Positions 25,571 to 35,343 of a DNA stretch of 45,384 nucleotides are shown in pieces. The stretch comes from a virus. Taxonomy: Duplodnaviria; Heunggongvirae; Uroviricota; Caudoviricetes. The notes under the pieces are model-generated. The model saw nothing but the letters and a program-made list of their open reading frames with translations, was not told the DNA's origin and searched no databases. The translations under genes were made by a program, and so were the position numbers. Every line of letters starts with the position of its first letter. Position 1 is the first letter of the stretch. The stretch covers positions 1 through 45,384 of IMG/VR virus record IMGVR_UViG_2537561934_000012; one strand, given 5' to 3'.

Positions 25571-27176
25571 TTTATCACATATTGCCGCGATGGCATTTAA
25601 TGAGCCGCTTTTACTGGAACCCGCCTATGCGCGGGTTTTCTTTTGCGCACTGGGTAAGGAGATGGGGGCGGGCAGCCTTGCCGTTCCGCAGCAGGCCGTT
25701 CAGCTTGATGCCGATGGTATGCAGCTGGAGGTTACCGATTATATGACTGGTGGTCCGCGTCCGGTAAAGAGTTACCAGGTGAAAAATGGTATTGCCATTC
25801 TGCCGGTGAGCGGCACGCTGGTACATAAAATGGGTACCCTGCAGCCATATTCCGGTATGACCAGTTATGACGGTCTGACTGCCCGTCTTAAGTCAGCGGT
25901 GAACGACCCGGATGTACGCGGCATTTTACTGGATATCGACAGTCCGGGCGGTCAGGCTGCCGGGGCGTTTGACTGTGCTGACATGATTTACCGTCTGCGG
26001 GAACAGAAGCCCGTGTGGGCGCTGTGTAATGACATGGCCTGTTCAGCCGCCATGTTGCTGGCGGCGGCCTGTACGCGTCGGCTGGTCACGCAGACGGCAA
26101 AAATTGGTTCGATTGGTGTGATGATGGCGCACACCAGTTACGAGAAACAACTGGCACAGGAAGGCGTGGATATCACGCTGATTTACTCCGGGCAGCACAA
26201 GGTTGACGGCAACAGTATTCAGGCGTTGCCGACAGGTGTGCGTGCGGATTTTCAGCGCCGTATTGATGATGCCCGCCGGATGTTTGTCGACAAGGTGGCA
26301 CTTTATACGGGGCTGAGTTCAGAGGTGGTGATGAATACCGAGGCTGCCGTTTATGACGGTCAGGCAGGCATTGATACAGGCCTGGCTGATCAACTGATTA
26401 ATGCTGCAGATGCCGTTGATGTAATGGTTTCTGCTCTGAACGACTCTGTTACACAGGAGAATACGATGACACCAAAAAATCTCACCGTTGCTGAAGCGGT
26501 GTCCCAGGAAAATCAGCGCGTGATGGGGATCCTGAATTGTCAGGAGGCGAAAGGACGCGAAAAACTGGCGCAGATGCTGGCAGGTCAGCAGGGAATGTCA
26601 GTTGAGCAGGCAAAAACATTACTGGCAGCGGCACCGGCAACCGGCACGGCAAGTTCCGGCGATCAAATTATTGCGTTGCCGGAAGCAAAAGGACGTGAAC
26701 AACTGGCACGGACGCTGGCTGAACAGCCGGGAATGACGGTGGAGCAGGCGAAAACGTTACTGGCAGCGGCACCGGCAACCGGCACGGCAAGTTCCGGCGA
26801 TCAAATTATTGCGTTGCCGGAAGCAAAAGGACGTGAACAACTGGCACGGACGCTGGCTGAACAGCCGGGAATGACGGTGGAGCAGGCGAAAACGTTACTG
26901 GCAGCGGCACCGGCAACCGGCACGGCAAGTTCCGGCGATCAAATTATTGCGTTGCCGGAAGCAAAAGGACGCGAAAAACTGGCACAGGCGCTGGCTGAAC
27001 AACCGGGAATGACAGTGGAGCAGGCGAAAACGCTGCTGGCAGCTGCGCCATCAGTATCGCAACCGTCACAGGTAACACTTTTTGAGCGCTTCATGGCACA
27101 GCATGCCGCCAGTGCCGTTTCCGGTGGCGGAACTGCCGGGAACGGGGAAAAAGAACTGCTGATGAGTATGCCGTAA
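25560..27176 (+). CDS. C: Head protease / scaffold C (S49-type) with expanded C-terminal Nu3-like scaffold repeats
   Basis: 538 aa. N-terminal S49 ClpP-like region matches lambda gpC. C-terminal region carries four tandem 46-aa repeats. Confidence 0.85.
   Translation: MRCNLSHIAAMAFNEPLLLEPAYARVFFCALGKEMGAGSLAVPQQAVQLDADGMQLEVTDYMTGGPRPVKSYQVKNGIAILPVSGTLVHKMGTLQPYSGMTSYDGLTARLKSAVNDPDVRGILLDIDSPGGQAAGAFDCADMIYRLREQKPVWALCNDMACSAAMLLAAACTRRLVTQTAKIGSIGVMMAHTSYEKQLAQEGVDITLIYSGQHKVDGNSIQALPTGVRADFQRRIDDARRMFVDKVALYTGLSSEVVMNTEAAVYDGQAGIDTGLADQLINAADAVDVMVSALNDSVTQENTMTPKNLTVAEAVSQENQRVMGILNCQEAKGREKLAQMLAGQQGMSVEQAKTLLAAAPATGTASSGDQIIALPEAKGREQLARTLAEQPGMTVEQAKTLLAAAPATGTASSGDQIIALPEAKGREQLARTLAEQPGMTVEQAKTLLAAAPATGTASSGDQIIALPEAKGREKLAQALAEQPGMTVEQAKTLLAAAPSVSQPSQVTLFERFMAQHAASAVSGGGTAGNGEKELLMSMP
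26544..27060 (+). repeat. In-frame tandem repeat, 138-bp unit, about 4 copies (two central copies identical)
   Basis: Unit starts at about 26544, 26681, 26819 and 26957. Encodes EAKGRE(Q/K)LA..LAEQPGMTVEQAKTLLAAAPATGTASSGDQIIALP. Confidence 0.85.
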
Positions 27177-27186
27177 GCGTGGATCC

Positions 27187-27552
27187 GTGATTCAGATAAA
27201 TCAGGAGACTGAGAAAATGATTAAAACCACCACAGAAAAGCGCGCGGACGGGCGCATTTTTGCCGGAAGCGATCCGGTATATACCGCAACAGGTACCAGT
27301 GGTATCAGTGTTGCCACGCCTTCACTGACGCCACTGATGCTGGATGACGCCAGCGGAAAACTGGTGGCATGGGATGGTCAGAAAGCCGGAACGGCTGTGG
27401 GGGTGCTGGTACTGGCGCTGGCCGGGACCGAGCCCACACTGACGTACTACAAAAGTGGTACGTTTGCCACCGAATCGCTGGTCTGGCCGGATTCGGTGGA
27501 TGCGGTGAAAAAAGCCAACGCGTTTGTGGGAAGTGCCATCAGCCACGCCTGA
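27187..27552 (+). CDS. D: Head decoration protein D
   Basis: ...TPLMLDDASGKLVAWDG...YKSGTF... matches lambda gpD. Confidence 0.8.
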   Translation: MIQINQETEKMIKTTTEKRADGRIFAGSDPVYTATGTSGISVATPSLTPLMLDDASGKLVAWDGQKAGTAVGVLVLALAGTEPTLTYYKSGTFATESLVWPDSVDAVKKANAFVGSAISHA

Positions 27553-27621
27553 TGGTGAAATGATTAACTGAAAAAACGGGTCGTGATGCGGCCCGTTTGT
27601 GTTTTTAAAGGAAAGTCAATT

Positions 27622-28650
27622 ATGGGGTTATTTACCACGCGTCAGTTGCTCGGCTACACCGAGCAGAAAGTGAAATTCCGTGCGCTGTTTCTGGAGCTGT
27701 TTTTTCGTCGTACGGTCACTTTCCATACTCAGGAAGTGATGCTGGATAAAATCACTGGAAAAACACCGGTTGCGGCATATGTGTCTCCGGTTGTGTCAGG
27801 TAAGGTACTGCGCAGTCGTGGTGGTGAAACCCGCGTGTTACGCCCCGGCTATGTTAAACCAAAACACCGGCTGGATTATCAGCAGGCGGTGGAGCGTCTT
27901 CCGGGGGAAGATCCGGCCCGTCTTAATGACCCGGCCTACCGTCGCCTGCGTATTCTGACTGACAACCTGAAACAGGAAGAGCAGGCGATTGTGCAGGTGG
28001 AAGAAATGCAGGCGGTCAGCGCTGTTCTGCAGGGTAAGTACACCATGAGCGGTGAACAGTTTGAGACGGTGGAAGTGGATTTTGGACGTTCTGCCGCCAA
28101 TAACATAACGCAGGCAGATGGACGCGAATGGTCAAAACAGAATGTTGACACCTTTGATCCGACGCATGATCTGGATGCGTACTGCGATTTTGCTTCCGGT
28201 ACCATCAATATTGCGATTATGGACGGTACTGTCTGGCGTATGCTGAACGGTTTTAAGCTGTTTCGTGAAAAACTGGATACCCGCCGTGGCTCAAAATCTG
28301 AACTGGAAACCGCGCTGAAAGATCTGGGTTCCGTGGTTTCTTTTAAAGGTTATTACGGTGATCTGGCCATCATGGTGGCGAAAACAACGTATGTTGATGA
28401 AAGCGGGGATGAGCAGCGCTATCTGCCGGAAGGCACACTGATTCTTGGAAACACTCAGGTGGATGGTGTCCGTTGTTATGGCGCAATCCAGGATAACCAG
28501 GCGTTGAGTGAAGGGATCACCTCTGCAATTCGTTATCCGAAACACTGGTTAGAGGTGGGGGACCCGGGGTGCGAATATACCATGACGCAATCTGCGCCGT
28601 TGATGGTGTTGCCGGATCCGGACGCGTTTGTGGTAGTTAAGGTGAAATAA
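27622..28650 (+). CDS. E: Major capsid protein E
   Basis: ...TTRQLLGYTEQKVKF...LFLELFF...PKHRLDY...QVEEMQAVSAVLQGKYTM...SAPLMVLPDPD... match lambda gpE. Confidence 0.9.
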   Translation: MGLFTTRQLLGYTEQKVKFRALFLELFFRRTVTFHTQEVMLDKITGKTPVAAYVSPVVSGKVLRSRGGETRVLRPGYVKPKHRLDYQQAVERLPGEDPARLNDPAYRRLRILTDNLKQEEQAIVQVEEMQAVSAVLQGKYTMSGEQFETVEVDFGRSAANNITQADGREWSKQNVDTFDPTHDLDAYCDFASGTINIAIMDGTVWRMLNGFKLFREKLDTRRGSKSELETALKDLGSVVSFKGYYGDLAIMVAKTTYVDESGDEQRYLPEGTLILGNTQVDGVRCYGAIQDNQALSEGITSAIRYPKHWLEVGDPGCEYTMTQSAPLMVLPDPDAFVVVKVK

Positions 28651-28697
28651 GGTCAGGTGGGATATTCCCGCCTTTTTCTTTATCGCACAGGAGAGAT

Positions 28698-29081
28698 GTG
28701 ATGACAAAAGAAGAAATAACAGCGCGTCTTCAGGAGCTGGCGGTAGCACTCGGGCGCGATGCCGATATTTCAGGCTCTAAAGCTGATCTTGAACAACGTC
28801 TGGCGGAGTGGGAAGAAGAATTAAGTGATGGTTCAGACGGCCTGTATAAGGATGATGAAGAACCACAACAAAAAAACGAAACACGATCCGAACGTGGGGA
28901 GAGTGAGAACCGAAATTCTGTGGATATGGTCATGGTCAAAGCTGTGGTGATGTTACATGTCAATGCACTCCACGGCACACGGGATAACCCCGTGGAATTT
29001 GTACGTCCGGGAGAAGTGTTTCGTGTATCTGCTGTGGTGGCAGCCAGCATGGCAGAAAGTGGCCTCGTGAAAATGTGTTGA
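28698..29081 (+). CDS. FI: Head assembly/packaging protein FI
   Basis: MTKEEITARLQEL...HVNALHGTRDNPVEFVRPGEVFRVSA... resembles lambda FI. Confidence 0.7.
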   Translation: MMTKEEITARLQELAVALGRDADISGSKADLEQRLAEWEEELSDGSDGLYKDDEEPQQKNETRSERGESENRNSVDMVMVKAVVMLHVNALHGTRDNPVEFVRPGEVFRVSAVVAASMAESGLVKMC

Positions 29082-29094
29082 ATGTGGTGGAAAG

Positions 29095-29469
29095 GTGGCA
29101 GATTTCGATAATCCGTTTGATGCCGCCGTCGCCATGGCTGACGAGGTCATTCTTTGTCATATGGGGATTACGGCGGTAATTACGTCCGGTCAGCTTGAAG
29201 GAAAAACACTCAGGGGTGTTTTTGATGATCCTGAAAAAATTTCTTTCGTTGCCGGAGGAGTACGGTTTGAAGATTCTTCACCGTCTTTGTTTGTGAAAAC
29301 AGCAGATATTACGGGACTGCGCCGTCTGGATACGCTGGAGGTTGGTGGGGATCTTTTTCGGGTGGATCGCATTACTCCGGACGACGGGGGATGCTGTTAT
29401 ATCCGCCTGCAACGGTGTGACACTTCCCGGGGTGATATCAGTACTGGGCGATATTATGAAAGGTCTTGA
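29095..29469 (+). CDS. FII: Head-tail connector protein FII
   Basis: MADFDNPFDAAVAMADEVI...RGVFDDPE...SSPSLFV...PDDGG matches lambda FII. Confidence 0.75.
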   Translation: MADFDNPFDAAVAMADEVILCHMGITAVITSGQLEGKTLRGVFDDPEKISFVAGGVRFEDSSPSLFVKTADITGLRRLDTLEVGGDLFRVDRITPDDGGCCYIRLQRCDTSRGDISTGRYYERS

Positions 29470-30034
29470 AAACGCCATCCGTAATCTGAACAGCCTTGAT
29501 ACCCGTATGGTGCCACAGGCCAGCGCATGGGCGATAAACCGTGTAGCGCAGAAAGCGGTCTCGGTAGCTACCCGGCAGGTTGCGCAGAATACCGTTGCGG
29601 GTGACAACCACGTCAAAGGGATCCCCCTGAAAACGGTGCGTCAGCGCGTCCGGGTATTGAAGGCCAGCCCGTCAGGAAAAATGTATGCCCGTATCCGGAT
29701 TAACCGGGGCAACCTGCCAGCCATTAAGCTGGGGGCGGCTCAGGTCAGGCTGGCGCGGCGTGGCGGAAAGCTACGGTACCGGGGAAGTGTGCTGAAGGTG
29801 GGCAAATATCTTTTCCGGGATGCGTTTATTCAGCAACTGGCGAACGGTCGCTGGCATGTGATGCGGCGTATTGACGGCAAAAATCGTTACCCCATTGATG
29901 TGGTGAAAATCCCGTTGTCCGGACCGCTGACGCAGGCATTTACGGAAGCCAGTCGGCATATTGCTGAAACGGAGATGCCGAAACAACTGGGTTATGCACT
30001 GAAGCAGCAACTGAGGTTATTTCTGACACGATGA
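29456..30034 (+). CDS. Z: Tail completion protein Z
   Basis: ...NGRWHVMRRIDGKNRYPIDVVKIPL... matches lambda gpZ. Start overlaps the FII end. Confidence 0.8.
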   Translation: MKGLENAIRNLNSLDTRMVPQASAWAINRVAQKAVSVATRQVAQNTVAGDNHVKGIPLKTVRQRVRVLKASPSGKMYARIRINRGNLPAIKLGAAQVRLARRGGKLRYRGSVLKVGKYLFRDAFIQQLANGRWHVMRRIDGKNRYPIDVVKIPLSGPLTQAFTEASRHIAETEMPKQLGYALKQQLRLFLTR

Positions 30035-30432
30035 ACAGACATACAAAAATCCGTCAGGCGGTACTGGCACGTCTGTGTGAGGAGTGTGGCGAGTGCGCCA
30101 CATTTTTTGACGGGCTTCCGGCCTTTATTGATGCACAGGAGTTGCCCGCTGTGGCGGTCTGGCTGAGCGATGCCCGGTATACCGGAAAAATGACAGATGA
30201 GGACGACTGGCAGGCCGTTCTGCATATCGCTGTGTTTATCCGTGCGCAGGCACCGGATTCAGAGCTGGATGAGTGGATGGAAAATAGCATTTATCCGGCG
30301 CTGAGGCATATACCGGCGCTTTCCGGGCTGATCGACACCATGACACCGCAGGGGTTTAACTACCAGCGCGATGATGAGATGGCGACGTGGGCGATGGCGG
30401 AAATCACGTATCAGATCGCCTACACGAACTGA
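30031..30432 (+). CDS. U: Tail terminator protein U
   Basis: ...ATFFDG.PA...PAVAV.L...APDSELDEWME..IYPAL..IPALS.LI matches lambda gpU. Confidence 0.8.
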   Translation: MNRHTKIRQAVLARLCEECGECATFFDGLPAFIDAQELPAVAVWLSDARYTGKMTDEDDWQAVLHIAVFIRAQAPDSELDEWMENSIYPALRHIPALSGLIDTMTPQGFNYQRDDEMATWAMAEITYQIAYTN

Positions 30433-30451
30433 ATAAATAATGTAAGGAGGA

Positions 30452-31225
30452 GTGATGTCCACACCGAATCCACTGGAGAAAACGAAAGGCGCCGGGACAA
30501 CGTTCTGGATGTACACCGGGGCTGGGGATCCGTTTGCGTCTGCATTGTCAGACACGGACTGGCTGCGACTGGCAATGGTGAAGGATTTGCAGCCGGGCGA
30601 AATGACGGCTGATGCGGAAGACGACACATATCTTGATGATGAGAATGCGGACTGGAAGAGCACATCTCAGGGCCAGAAAACCGCTGGCGATACGTCTGCC
30701 ACACTGGCATGGCGTCCGGGCGACAGCGGACAGAAAAAACTGGTTGAGTTGTTTTATTCCGGCGAGGTTTGTGCGTTCCGCATTCTGTATCCCAACGGCA
30801 CAGTTGATGTTTTTCGTGGCTGGTTGAGTTCGCTGGGCAAAGCGGTGACGTCAACGGAAGTGATGACCCGGACCATCAAAATCACCGGGATTGGGCGTCC
30901 ACACCTGGCGGAAGAGTGTCAGGAGGTGGTCAGCGTCACCGGTGTGACGGTGACACCGATGGCGGTGACACTGCATCCTGGTGAAACGTCCAAACTGACG
31001 TTTGTGCTTGTACCGGAAAACGCCTCGGATAAAACGCTCACGGTGTTTTCCACGGATCCGCAGACAGCAACGGTAAGCCTGAGCGGCCTTGTGGCTACGG
31101 TATCTGCCCGCCAGGAAGGGACGGTCAGTATTGTGGGTATGAGCGGTGATGGCCGTACGGGGCAGGTGGTCAAGGTGACCGTGGCCCCTGCTGAGGAGAA
31201 GAGTACCGGACGTACCCGGGGATAA
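30452..31225 (+). CDS. V: Major tail tube protein V (with C-terminal Ig-like domain)
   Basis: ...KGAGTTFWMY...DDTYLDDENADW...GQKTAGDTS.TLAW...YPNGTVDVFRGW... matches lambda gpV. Confidence 0.85.
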   Translation: MMSTPNPLEKTKGAGTTFWMYTGAGDPFASALSDTDWLRLAMVKDLQPGEMTADAEDDTYLDDENADWKSTSQGQKTAGDTSATLAWRPGDSGQKKLVELFYSGEVCAFRILYPNGTVDVFRGWLSSLGKAVTSTEVMTRTIKITGIGRPHLAEECQEVVSVTGVTVTPMAVTLHPGETSKLTFVLVPENASDKTLTVFSTDPQTATVSLSGLVATVSARQEGTVSIVGMSGDGRTGQVVKVTVAPAEEKSTGRTRG

Positions 31226-31285
31226 CAGGGCCATGTTTATCATCAGCCCCGGTTCGCCGGGGTTTTTTATTCGGGGAGAAGAGAA

Positions 31286-31675
31286 ATGTTTCTGAAACAG
31301 GATACGTTTAATTACGGCAATCAGTCGGTGGTACTGAATGAACTGTCTGGTCTGCAGCGTGTGGAATACCTGGCTTATGCCCGTGAACGCGCGGCGCAGT
31401 TTGATGAGGCTTCTGCAGGAATGGAAGAAGGGGCCCGCCAGATTGCTTTTATGGAAATGGGGATGGACATCAACGCCTGGCTGGTTTCCCGTTCGCTGTG
31501 GAATGCCGACCAGTCTCAGAATGTGGCGGCGCTTTTTTCCTCCGTGCGCGTGACATGGTCCTGGGATGCGCTGGGGATGGCGGCGGAAAGCATTCTGGCG
31601 CTGAGCGGTATGGCACTGACAGTGGCGACAGAGGGGGATGACGTGAAGGAGGTGCTGACGCCGGAAAAGTCCTGA
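31286..31675 (+). CDS. G: Tail assembly chaperone G
   Basis: MFLKQDTF...LSGLQRVEYLA... resembles lambda gpG. Confidence 0.8.
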   Translation: MFLKQDTFNYGNQSVVLNELSGLQRVEYLAYARERAAQFDEASAGMEEGARQIAFMEMGMDINAWLVSRSLWNADQSQNVAALFSSVRVTWSWDALGMAAESILALSGMALTVATEGDDVKEVLTPEKS

Positions 31676-31998
31676 CGCAGGAAATGCAGTTTGTCATGCG
31701 GCTGGCCCGGGAGTTCCGGCGGGGCGACTGGCGGCGAATGCTGTCAGAAATGTCAGCCACAGAACTGGGAGAGTGGGGGGATTATTTCCGGCGGCAGAGT
31801 TTCAGTGATGTGTGGCTGGATGCGCAATTTGCCACACTGAAAACGCTGATTGTGCAGATGGTTTCCGGAAAAACCGTGGCGGCGGATATGTTCAGCCTGT
31901 TGCCTTCAGAGACAGAAGCGCCCGTCCGGACAGATGAAGAGCTGATGTTTCTGGGGGAAGGTATCGCGGGAGGAATAAGAATTGAGCCAGATAGCTGA
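31642..31998 (+). CDS. T: Tail assembly chaperone T portion of G-T (predicted -1 frameshift product)
   Basis: ORF in the -1 frame relative to G, open from about 31642 and overlapping the G 3' end. Candidate slip site GGAAAAG at about 31663-31669. Confidence 0.55.
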   Translation, partial: REGGADAGKVLTQEMQFVMRLAREFRRGDWRRMLSEMSATELGEWGDYFRRQSFSDVWLDAQFATLKTLIVQMVSGKTVAADMFSLLPSETEAPVRTDEELMFLGEGIAGGIRIEPDS

Positions 31999-34900
31999 CC
32001 TTGTTATTGATTTAAGTGTTGATACGGCTGATTTTAAGGAACAGCTTCCGCGTATTAAAGCGCAACTCAATGGTACCGCCAGCGAAGCGGCGCGCGCAGA
32101 AGCGCGGGTCAGACAGTTTGAAGCGAGTCAGAAGCAGGCGGCGACTACCGCGGTGAAACAGACTCAGGCACTGGCGGGGAATGCGCAGGCGCATGTTTCG
32201 TTGTCAGAGGATGTGGAACAGACCCGTCAGCGACTTGATGCCCTGAACCGGAAAATGCGTGAGGAGCAGGCGCAGGCGGCGGCACTGGCTGCTGCTCAGG
32301 ATAAAGCCGCTGCTGCATTTTATCGTCAGATTGACAGTGTGAAACAGGCGGGGGCCGGACTGCAGGAGCTGCAGCGTATTCAGCAGCAGGTCCGTCAGGC
32401 CAGAAACAATGGTGGCATCGCGCAGCAGGATTATCTGGCGTTAATCTCCGAAGTGACGGCAAAAACCCGCGTGCTGGCTCAGGCTGAAGAATCCGCCACC
32501 CGCCAGAAGACGGCCTTTATCCGGCGGCTGAAGGAGCAGGTATCCGCTCAGAATCTTTCATCCACGGAGCTGCTCAGGGCAAAAGCCGCGCAGCTGGGTG
32601 TCAGTAGTGCGGCTGAGGTGTATATCAGCAAAATGGAAAAAGCCGGGAAGGTCACGCATTCGCTGGGGCTGAAAAGTGCGGCGGCCCGCCAGGAGATAGG
32701 TGTTCTGATAGGTGAAATTGCCCGGGGTAATTTCGGTGCGCTTCGTGGCTCCGGGATCACCCTGGCTAACCGTGCCGGATGGATTGACGCGCTGATGTCC
32801 CCGAAAGGCATGGCTGTCGGCGGGGTTATCGGTGGACTCACTGCTGCTGTTGTCGGGCTGGGAAAGGCCTGGTATGACGGTCAGAAGGAGGGGGAGGTGT
32901 TTAATCGTCAGCTGGCGTTGACAGGGCATTATGCGGGCATCACTACCGGACAGCTGTGGACTCTCAGTCGCGCCATTTCCGGGAATGGTATCACGCAACA
33001 TGCTGCAGCCAGTGCGCTGGCTCAGGCGGTTGGCAGCGGTGCATTTCGTGGAGGTGATATCGCCATGGTGGCGAAAGCTGCCGCGCAAATGGAAAGTTCA
33101 GTGGGGCAGTCTGTCAGCGACACCATCAGTCAGTTTAAGCGACTGAAGGATGACCCGGTAAATGCAGCCAGGACGCTGGATAATGAACTGCATTTCCTGA
33201 CTGCCACCCAGCTTGAACAAATCCGTGTTCTCGGGGAACAGGGGCGTGCCAGTGATGCTGCCCGGATCGCCATGTCAGCGCTGGCAGAGGAAACCGGTAA
33301 ACGCACATCTGATATTGATAATAATCTCAATGCGCTGGGCAGTACGCTGCAAACCTTATCTGACTGGTGGAAGCAGTTCTGGGATGCCGCCATGAATATC
33401 GGGCGTAATGATTCCCTTGATGCGCAGATTGCGGCGCTGCAGGAAAAAATTCAGCGTGCGAAAAAATCGCCCTGGACAAATGCATCCACCACAGTGGAAT
33501 ACGACCAGCAGCGCCTTGATGAACTTCAGGAGAAAAAGCGCCAGAAAGATTTACAGGATGCAAAAGAGCAGGCAGAGCGGAATTATCAGGAGCAACAGAA
33601 ACGCCGGAATGCTGAAAATGCCGCGCTGAACCGGATGAACGAAACGGAAGCGGCACGACATCAGCGTGAAATTGCGCGTATTAATGCCATGCAGTACGCA
33701 GATCAGTCGGTCAGGGACGCAGCGATACAGCGTGAAAATAAACGTCACAAAAAAGCCATTAAGAAAGAAACGCCTGCCACCCGTAATGATGAGGCCACCC
33801 GGTTATTACTGCAGTACAGCCAGCAACAGGCGCAGGTGGAGGGGCAGATCGCCGCCGCCAGACAGTCCGCGGGACTGACCACGAAAAAAATGACGGAAGC
33901 GCATAAGCAGCTTCTGGCCCTGCAGCAGCGTATCAGTGATTTAGCCGGTAAAAAGCTGACGGCAGATGAAAAAAGCGTGCTGGCGCATAAGGATGAACTG
34001 ATTCAGGCGCTGACGCTGCTGGATGCAAAACAGCAGGAGCTGCAGAAGCAGACGGCGCTGAATGACCTTAAGAAAAAATCCATTCAGCTTGCCAGCCAGC
34101 TGGCGGAAGAGGAGCGGGTTCTGCGTCAGCAACATGACCTGGATATCGCCACGACAGGGATGGGGGATAAACAGCGTCAGCGATACCAGGCACAGTTCAG
34201 TCTGCAACAAAAATATCAGCAGCAGCGGGAACAGTTGGAGCGTGACAGTAAGCGGAAAGGAACATATGGCACAGATGAATACCGGAATGCTGAGCAGACG
34301 CTGACAGACAGTCTTAACCGGCAACTGAACGAAAACAGACGCTACTGGCAGGAGCAGGAACTGATGCAGGCAGACTGGAAAAACGGTGCCATGCGGGCGT
34401 TTCAGAATTTTACGGCAGATGCGGATAATGCGGCAGGAACTGCTGAGCAGATGTTTACAGCGGCATTTAACAGTGCAGGTAATGCACTGGCGACGTTCTG
34501 CACGACAGGTAAACTGAATTTCAAATCCTTTACCGCCTCGCTTCTTTCCGACCTGGCAAAAATCATGGCGCAGATGGCCATTATGCAGGCGGTGAAGGGG
34601 ATTGGTTCGGCGTTTGGCTGGGGGAGCGCATCCGCTGCCAGTGTGACGCCCAATGCGGATGGCGGTGTTTATCAGTCTGCGGATTTGAGCCGTTACAGTG
34701 GCTCAGTGGTTAACCGCCCGACGTTTTTTGCCTTTGCAAAAGGCGCGGGGGTGATGGGAGAAGCGGGGCCTGAAGCCATTCTGCCACTGCGTCGTGGTGC
34801 CGACGGTAAGCTGGGTGTTGTGGCGGATATTGGTGGTTCAGGCATGGTGATGTTTGCCCCGCAGTACAACATCGCGATCAATAACGATGGTACGAACGGG

Positions 34901-35014
34901 CAGATAGGTCCGGCTGCCCTGAAGGTGGTTTATGACCTCGGGAAAAAAGCTGCAGCGGACTTTATGCAACAGCAGTCCCGTGATGGCGGTCAGTTAAGCG
35001 GAGTGTATCGGTAA
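31982..35014 (+). CDS. H: Tail tape measure protein H
   Basis: 1010 aa. N-terminal ...DLVIDLSVDTADFKEQ... and C-terminal ...NNDGTNGQIGPAALKVVYD... match lambda gpH. Track start is a non-ATG codon. Confidence 0.85.
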   Translation: MSQIADLVIDLSVDTADFKEQLPRIKAQLNGTASEAARAEARVRQFEASQKQAATTAVKQTQALAGNAQAHVSLSEDVEQTRQRLDALNRKMREEQAQAAALAAAQDKAAAAFYRQIDSVKQAGAGLQELQRIQQQVRQARNNGGIAQQDYLALISEVTAKTRVLAQAEESATRQKTAFIRRLKEQVSAQNLSSTELLRAKAAQLGVSSAAEVYISKMEKAGKVTHSLGLKSAAARQEIGVLIGEIARGNFGALRGSGITLANRAGWIDALMSPKGMAVGGVIGGLTAAVVGLGKAWYDGQKEGEVFNRQLALTGHYAGITTGQLWTLSRAISGNGITQHAAASALAQAVGSGAFRGGDIAMVAKAAAQMESSVGQSVSDTISQFKRLKDDPVNAARTLDNELHFLTATQLEQIRVLGEQGRASDAARIAMSALAEETGKRTSDIDNNLNALGSTLQTLSDWWKQFWDAAMNIGRNDSLDAQIAALQEKIQRAKKSPWTNASTTVEYDQQRLDELQEKKRQKDLQDAKEQAERNYQEQQKRRNAENAALNRMNETEAARHQREIARINAMQYADQSVRDAAIQRENKRHKKAIKKETPATRNDEATRLLLQYSQQQAQVEGQIAAARQSAGLTTKKMTEAHKQLLALQQRISDLAGKKLTADEKSVLAHKDELIQALTLLDAKQQELQKQTALNDLKKKSIQLASQLAEEERVLRQQHDLDIATTGMGDKQRQRYQAQFSLQQKYQQQREQLERDSKRKGTYGTDEYRNAEQTLTDSLNRQLNENRRYWQEQELMQADWKNGAMRAFQNFTADADNAAGTAEQMFTAAFNSAGNALATFCTTGKLNFKSFTASLLSDLAKIMAQMAIMQAVKGIGSAFGWGSASAASVTPNADGGVYQSADLSRYSGSVVNRPTFFAFAKGAGVMGEAGPEAILPLRRGADGKLGVVADIGGSGMVMFAPQYNIAINNDGTNGQIGPAALKVVYDLGKKAAADFMQQQSRDGGQLSGVYR

Positions 35015-35343
35015 TGGAGACGTTTCACTGGAAAATTCGTCCTGATATGACAGTGGCATCGGAACCGAAGGTGTTGACGGTAAAGCTGGGGGATGGCTAT
35101 GAACAGCGGCGACCGGCAGGACTGAATAATTTATTGTCTGTTTACAGTGTGACTATCCGGATACGTAAAGGAGAACATCAGTCACTGGAGGATTTTCTGG
35201 CGCGGCATGGCGGTGTCAGGGCGTTTCAGTGGGTGCCGCCTTATGGCTGGAAACCAGTCAGGGTGGTTTGTCGTAAATGGTCGACACGCGTTGGGGCGTT
35301 ATGGGTGACTGTAACGGCAGATTTTGAGCAGGTGGTGAACTGA
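35014..35343 (+). CDS. M: Minor tail protein M
   Basis: 109 aa. ...GDGYEQRRPAGLN...YSVT...WVPPYGW...FEQVVN matches lambda gpM. Confidence 0.85.
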   Translation: METFHWKIRPDMTVASEPKVLTVKLGDGYEQRRPAGLNNLLSVYSVTIRIRKGEHQSLEDFLARHGGVRAFQWVPPYGWKPVRVVCRKWSTRVGALWVTVTADFEQVVN

